Source: Armatimonadota bacterium
Lineage (GTDB): Bacteria > Armatimonadota > UBA5829 > DSUL01
DNA length: 64,000 nucleotides
NCBI GenBank assembly: GCA_039811685.1
Contig: JBDHZC010000001.1
Span: 192,001 to 256,000 of the forward strand
Direction of reading: 5' to 3'
The notes below the pieces were generated by a model. It did no database searches. It saw only the letters and a program-made list of their open reading frames with translations, and was not told the origin of the DNA. A program made the translations under genes and the position numbers. This document shows positions 59,367 through 64,000 of the stretch, piece after piece. Each line of letters starts with the position of its first letter. Positions within the stretch are counted from its first letter, which is position 1.

Positions 59367-60622
59367 TTACAAGCGCACCTGACAAGATAGCCCCGAATCT
59401 GAACGACTTCGACGTGATGCGAGTCCGGCAGGACTTTGCGATCCTGAATACGCTGGTGCGCGGGAAGCCGCTCGTTTATCTGGACAACGCGGCCACCACA
59501 CAAAAGCCGCATCAGGTGCTGTGCGCTATCAATCAATTCTACGGCTGCTGCAACTCCAACATCCACCGAGGTGTGCACTTTCTCAGTGAGAAGGCCACAG
59601 AGCAGTACGAAGAGTCACGGGCGCAGGTCAAACGGTTTTTGAACGCTGCGTCAACGACCGAGATCATTTTTGTGCGCGGCGCAACTGAGGGGATCAACCT
59701 TGTCGCCGCAAGTTATGGTCGCACTTTTCTCAAAGAGGGAGATGAGATCATTGTCTCGGCGATGGAGCACCATGCCAACATCGTCCCCTGGCAGATACTG
59801 TGTCAGCAGACAGGCGCTGTGCTGAAAGTGATCCCCATGGACGACAACGGTGACATTGTGATGGAGGAGTACGCTCAGTTGTTGAGTGAGCGCACCAGGA
59901 TCGTGTCTGTCGTCCATGTTTCCAACGTCCTGGGGACGCTTAACCCGGTGAAGCGGATCGTTCAGATGGCGCATGATGCGGGCGCTGTCACGCTGGTGGA
60001 CGCGGCGCAGTCTATCATGCATATGAATGTGGACGTTCAAGACATCGGGTGCGATTTTCTGGTATTCTCCGGACATAAGCTCTTCGGGCCGACGGGTATT
60101 GGTGTTCTATACGGCCGTGAGAGTCTGCTGGAGATGATGCCACCCTACCAGAGTGGTGGGGACATGATCAAATCGGTCACTTTTGAGAAGACTATTTACA
60201 ACGATCTGCCGTACAAGTTTGAAGCGGGAACGCCCAATATCGGGAGCACAATTGGCTTGGGCGCCGCTATCGCGTATGTCCAGTCGGTGAACCTGGACAA
60301 AGCTCAGCCACACGAAGATGCGCTCATGGCTTACGCAACCCAGCGCCTTGAAGAAATTCCAGGATTGAAAATCGTCGGCACTGCAAAAGAGAAGGCTGGG
60401 GTTATCTCCTTCGTCCTGGACTTTGCGCACCCGCACGACATCGGCACCATAATGGATAGCGAAGGCATCGCCATCCGCACGGGTCATCACTGTGCACAGC
60501 CGACGATGCAGCGCTTCGGGATTCCGGCAACGGCGAGAGCCTCTTTTGCCTTTTACAATACCCTTGAGGAAGTTGACGTGCTTGTAAGAGGTCTGGAAAA
60601 GGTGCGCGAGGTATTCGCCTGA
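59363..60622 (+). CDS. sufS: Cysteine desulfurase SufS
   Basis: YLDNAATTQKP, NIHRG, EHHANIVPW, SGHK, RTGHHCAQP. Confidence 0.97.
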   Translation: MITSAPDKIAPNLNDFDVMRVRQDFAILNTLVRGKPLVYLDNAATTQKPHQVLCAINQFYGCCNSNIHRGVHFLSEKATEQYEESRAQVKRFLNAASTTEIIFVRGATEGINLVAASYGRTFLKEGDEIIVSAMEHHANIVPWQILCQQTGAVLKVIPMDDNGDIVMEEYAQLLSERTRIVSVVHVSNVLGTLNPVKRIVQMAHDAGAVTLVDAAQSIMHMNVDVQDIGCDFLVFSGHKLFGPTGIGVLYGRESLLEMMPPYQSGGDMIKSVTFEKTIYNDLPYKFEAGTPNIGSTIGLGAAIAYVQSVNLDKAQPHEDALMAYATQRLEEIPGLKIVGTAKEKAGVISFVLDFAHPHDIGTIMDSEGIAIRTGHHCAQPTMQRFGIPATARASFAFYNTLEEVDVLVRGLEKVREVFA

Positions 60623-61071
60623 TGCCGGATATGCGGGAGCTCTATCAAGAGATCATCCTCGACCACAACAAGGCTCCCCGCAACTACCGGAAACCGGACG
60701 ATGCCAACAGAGAGGCCGAGGGGTACAACCCGCTGTGTGGAGATCATTACACGGTCTTTGCCCGGGTGGACAGCAATCAGCAGATAACCGACATTGGCTT
60801 CGAAGGGGTAGGTTGCGCCATCTCCAAGGCGGCAGCCTCCATGATGACGTCGATGGTCAAGGGCAAGAGTGTTGAGGAAGCCGAGCGCTGCTTTGAGAAC
60901 TATCGCCAGATGATCACGGGCGGCAAAGACTACGATCGCGATGCTCTGGGCAAGCTGATGGTGTTCTCTGAGGTCTGCAACTATCCCACGCGCATAAAGT
61001 GCGCAATTCTCTGCTGGCACACTCTGCACGCCGCTCTGAACAACCTGCAGGAACCCGTAACTACGGAGTAA
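60622..61071 (+). CDS. sufU: SUF system scaffold/sulfur-transfer protein SufU
   Basis: LYQEIILDH, NPLCGD, GCAIS.A, RIKCA.L.W. Confidence 0.95.
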   Translation: MPDMRELYQEIILDHNKAPRNYRKPDDANREAEGYNPLCGDHYTVFARVDSNQQITDIGFEGVGCAISKAAASMMTSMVKGKSVEEAERCFENYRQMITGGKDYDRDALGKLMVFSEVCNYPTRIKCAILCWHTLHAALNNLQEPVTTE

Positions 61072-61126
61072 CTCTCTTTTCTTTGGGCTGCACAAGGCGC
61101 TTGCGACTCTTGCGATAGCGCACCTG

Positions 61127-61951
61127 TCAGCAGTACTGAAGATACCTTTCGCACATTGTGCGCAGAACGCCGTCGTAGTCTGAAGCCCAGATATCCGAGT
61201 TGAATATCTCACACTCGATAGGCCCGTCGTAGCCGGCCGCTTCCACAGCTTCGCGAATTCTGCGCAGCTCAATCACTCCGTCACCCATCATCCCCCGGCT
61301 CATAAGGATGTCGTTAGTCTCGCGCAGCCAGTCGTTGACGTGGTAGCCCCAGATGCGGCCTCGCGCGCGCTCAAGCTGACGGAAAAGCTCCGGATCCCAC
61401 CAGACGTGGTAGACGTCGACAATTACTCCTACCTGATCAGATCCGATAGCCTCCGCAATGTCGAGCGATTGGCTGAGCGTGCTTATAACGGACCGGTCTG
61501 CTGCATACATAGGATGCAAAGGTTCTATGCCCAACCTGACGCCTCGGTCGGCCGCGTAGTCCACCAGGGCCGCAATCCCGTCCTGCACGTACTGGCGGGC
61601 CTCGAGCAAACTGCAGTCTCCCAAACCGCCGCACACCAGAACCAGTGTGTCACACGACAGAGCGGCGCACTCATCAATTGCTCGCCGGTTGTCGTCAATT
61701 CTGTCCTGACGTTCAGCCGAGTTTGCTGCAGGGAACCAGCCTCCACGGCATACTCCAGAGACGCGTAAACCATTGTGTCGAAGCAGGCGCTGCGCTCGGT
61801 CCAGCCCGCACTCGGCGATTTTGTCCCTCCACAGCCCGATCCATTGCAGACCCGCCCGGAAGCAGCCCTCTGCGGCTTCGGCGAGGGTCCAGTCGTGCGT
61901 CGTATACTGGTTCAAGCTGAGGCGTGAAGTATCAGCGAACGGCTTCGACAT
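61127..61951 (-). CDS. Sugar phosphate isomerase/epimerase (xylose-isomerase-like TIM barrel)
   Basis: LGIEPLHP, DVYH, HVND, RGMMGDG, E.EIF. Confidence 0.88.
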   Translation of the reverse strand: MSKPFADTSRLSLNQYTTHDWTLAEAAEGCFRAGLQWIGLWRDKIAECGLDRAQRLLRHNGLRVSGVCRGGWFPAANSAERQDRIDDNRRAIDECAALSCDTLVLVCGGLGDCSLLEARQYVQDGIAALVDYAADRGVRLGIEPLHPMYAADRSVISTLSQSLDIAEAIGSDQVGVIVDVYHVWWDPELFRQLERARGRIWGYHVNDWLRETNDILMSRGMMGDGVIELRRIREAVEAAGYDGPIECEIFNSDIWASDYDGVLRTMCERYLQYC

Positions 61952-63102
61952 CAGACGGTTAGCTCCGGCACATCCTGCCAGCTTCCTGATGCCCAGCTCC
62001 TTATTCCAAGCTCTGCGAGTTGCACTCCTTTTGCTCCTTCAAGAAGGTCCCACGGAAAAGGCTCGCCAATCGCTACGTGCTTAAGAAAGAGCTCCCACTG
62101 AACTTTGAATGCATTCTCGAAGAGCTGATTGTCCGGGACTTCCTGCCACGTGTCGAAAAAAGAGACAGGCTGGGGGATATCAGGATTCCAGACGGGTTTG
62201 GGTGTGTTGGCCCTGTGCTGCGTCTTGCAGCCGCGCAGGCCGGCCACAGCGCTGCCCTCAGTGCCGTCAACCTGCAGAACAAACAGATCATCCCGGTACA
62301 CCCTGACGGCCCAGGATGAGTTCATGTGTGCGATAACTCCATTTGGGAGCTTGAATGTGGCATAGGCGGCATCGTCCGCGGTGGCCTCGTACGCTTTTCC
62401 GGATTCGTCATAGCGCTGGGGAATATGCGTCGCACCGAGACACGAGACTGCCTCCACAGGGCCGAAGAGATTGTCCAGCACATATCGCCAGTGGCAGAGC
62501 ATGTCAACGATGATGCCGCCACCGTCCTCCTTGCGGTAATTCCAGGATGGCCGCTGAGCCGCCTGCCAGTCTCCTTCGAAGACCCAGTAGCCGAACTCGC
62601 CTCGAACGGAAAGTATCCGCCCAAAGAATCCTCCGTCGATGAGACGCTTGAGCTTCAACAGGCCCGGCAACCAGAGTTTGTCCTGCACGACACCGTTTTT
62701 CAAGCCTTTTGTTCGCGCCAGGCGCGCCAAGTCCAGTGCTTCGTCCAGATTTGTGGCTGTCGGTTTCTCACAGTAGACGACTTTGCCTGCCTCGAGCGCC
62801 TGCGTGACGGAAACAACGCGTCTGTGTGTCGTTTGAGCGTCGAAATAGATGCTTTCCTTCGGGTCGGCCAGGCACTTGTCGAGATCTGTAGTCCATCGCA
62901 GACCGCCGTGTTCTTCCGCCAGAGCGCAGAGCTTTTGCTCATTTCGTCCAACTAAAATCGGGTCTGGCATGAGAGTCTCTGTCGGTGTGAGGGGGACACC
63001 ACCCTGATTGCGGATAGCCAGGATAGATCGCACAAGATGCTGATTTGTGCCCATGCGTCCTGTGACGCCATTCATAATGATGCCGATGCGTTGCTGTGAC
63101 AT
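61951..63102 (-). CDS. Gfo/Idh/MocA family oxidoreductase
   Basis: NGVTGRMG, CEKP, GGGIIVDM..H. Confidence 0.9.
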   Translation of the reverse strand: MSQQRIGIIMNGVTGRMGTNQHLVRSILAIRNQGGVPLTPTETLMPDPILVGRNEQKLCALAEEHGGLRWTTDLDKCLADPKESIYFDAQTTHRRVVSVTQALEAGKVVYCEKPTATNLDEALDLARLARTKGLKNGVVQDKLWLPGLLKLKRLIDGGFFGRILSVRGEFGYWVFEGDWQAAQRPSWNYRKEDGGGIIVDMLCHWRYVLDNLFGPVEAVSCLGATHIPQRYDESGKAYEATADDAAYATFKLPNGVIAHMNSSWAVRVYRDDLFVLQVDGTEGSAVAGLRGCKTQHRANTPKPVWNPDIPQPVSFFDTWQEVPDNQLFENAFKVQWELFLKHVAIGEPFPWDLLEGAKGVQLAELGIRSWASGSWQDVPELTV

Positions 63103-63382
63103 GCAGCCTCTTTTCCGTCATTGAGATATGGCCGCCCGCCTGGGGCACACCCGTGATCCCTTCTCCGTAACGCCGCCGTCTCCCTGCGGCTGGCAGCTCT
63201 GTTTCGGCGCTCTATTATCGCAATCGGTCTCATCAGCATTGCGGAGATTGACAAGCGGCTGGCGAGAGCCTATGTGCAGGACTAAGGGCGTCCCGGACAT
63301 AACATCGAATGAAGTCTTGGCTGAGGCCCCGCAATCGCGCTGATTGTGCGGGTGACGAGCTCAAATGCAGGGTACGAACGCA

Positions 63383-64000
63383 ATGATCCAGATTGACAAC
63401 TCACTTGAAGTCGGCGATCTCACGACGAGATTACGCGATTTCTGGCGCCTTAGCGCACAGAAAATTCGCTCTATTGAGAACAGCTGGACCGCAGCAGACG
63501 GCGCGCCGGTCTTTACCATAGCAGGCCGCTATTCGACGCGTGGCTGGACAGAATGGACGCAAGGTTTTCAGTTTGGCTCTGCTATTTTGCAGTTCGATGC
63601 GACTGGAGACGAAGAATTCCTTGAAATCGGCCGGGAGAACACGCGCCGGTATATGGCTTCTCACGTTACTCATTTTGGCGTGCACGATCACGGCTTCAAC
63701 AATGTGAGCACGTACGGGAACCTGCTTCGATTGATGAATGAGAAGCGTATTCCAGAGAGCGCCGAGGAGCGAGACTTCTATGAGTTGGCCCTCAAAGCCA
63801 GCGCTGCTGTGCAGGCGCACAGGTGGACTTGCACCAGCGCAGGTGGCGGGTTTATCTATTCCTTCAACGGACCTCATTCTCTGTTTGCCGACACCATCCG
63901 TTCGCTGCGCTCATTGGCGATCGGTCATCGGCTGGGGCATGTCCTGATGGGCGAGCGCGATGTAGAGACGCCCTTGCTGGAGCGTCTTCTTCAGCACGCC
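63383..64000 (+). CDS. Glycoside hydrolase, GH88-like (3'-truncated; absent from the ORF track)
   Basis: Manual translation: MIQIDNSLEV...GWTEWTQGFQFG...HFGVHDHGFNNVSTYGNL, open to the window end. WTxGF and HDxGF are GH88-like motifs. Confidence 0.7.
   Translation, partial: MIQIDNSLEVGDLTTRLRDFWRLSAQKIRSIENSWTAADGAPVFTIAGRYSTRGWTEWTQGFQFGSAILQFDATGDEEFLEIGRENTRRYMASHVTHFGVHDHGFNNVSTYGNLLRLMNEKRIPESAEERDFYELALKASAAVQAHRWTCTSAGGGFIYSFNGPHSLFADTIRSLRSLAIGHRLGHVLMGERDVETPLLERLLQHA

Overview
Chromosomal segment of a GC-rich bacterium, probably Armatimonadota. That call is an inference from a prepilin/H-X9-DG-type protein with the [24 protein letters not shown] motif and a DUF6785-like polytopic membrane protein. 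Most of the window is housekeeping or carbohydrate metabolism: a partial GH38 mannosidase, CIRCE-regulated groES-groEL, ftsH, a GH84-like hexosaminidase, fumC, lpdA-folK-2x PilC/GspF-J-domain protein-panB-panC, tRNA-Asn, a SorE/SrlD-like fused dehydrogenase, cysC, a ~13.7 kb alternative complex III plus A2-type cytochrome c oxidase cluster, sufBCDSU and a partial GH88-like gene. The most unusual structure is a 2.6 kb integrase-less mini-island at the 3' end of tRNA-Asn (29482-32100), bounded by a 10-bp duplication of the tRNA 3' end. Inside it, a ~70-80 bp palindromic element occurs three times in direct orientation, ~1.2 kb apart, bracketing two cargo genes: an APH-like kinase and a YjhP-like methyltransferase. 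An exact 13-bp piece of the same palindrome arm sits directly against the right end of an IS110-family remnant 8 kb away (21843-21855). This suggests a repeat family that delimits gene cassettes and is also targeted by an IS110-type recombinase. All assignments come from motif reading by eye; no database searches were run.
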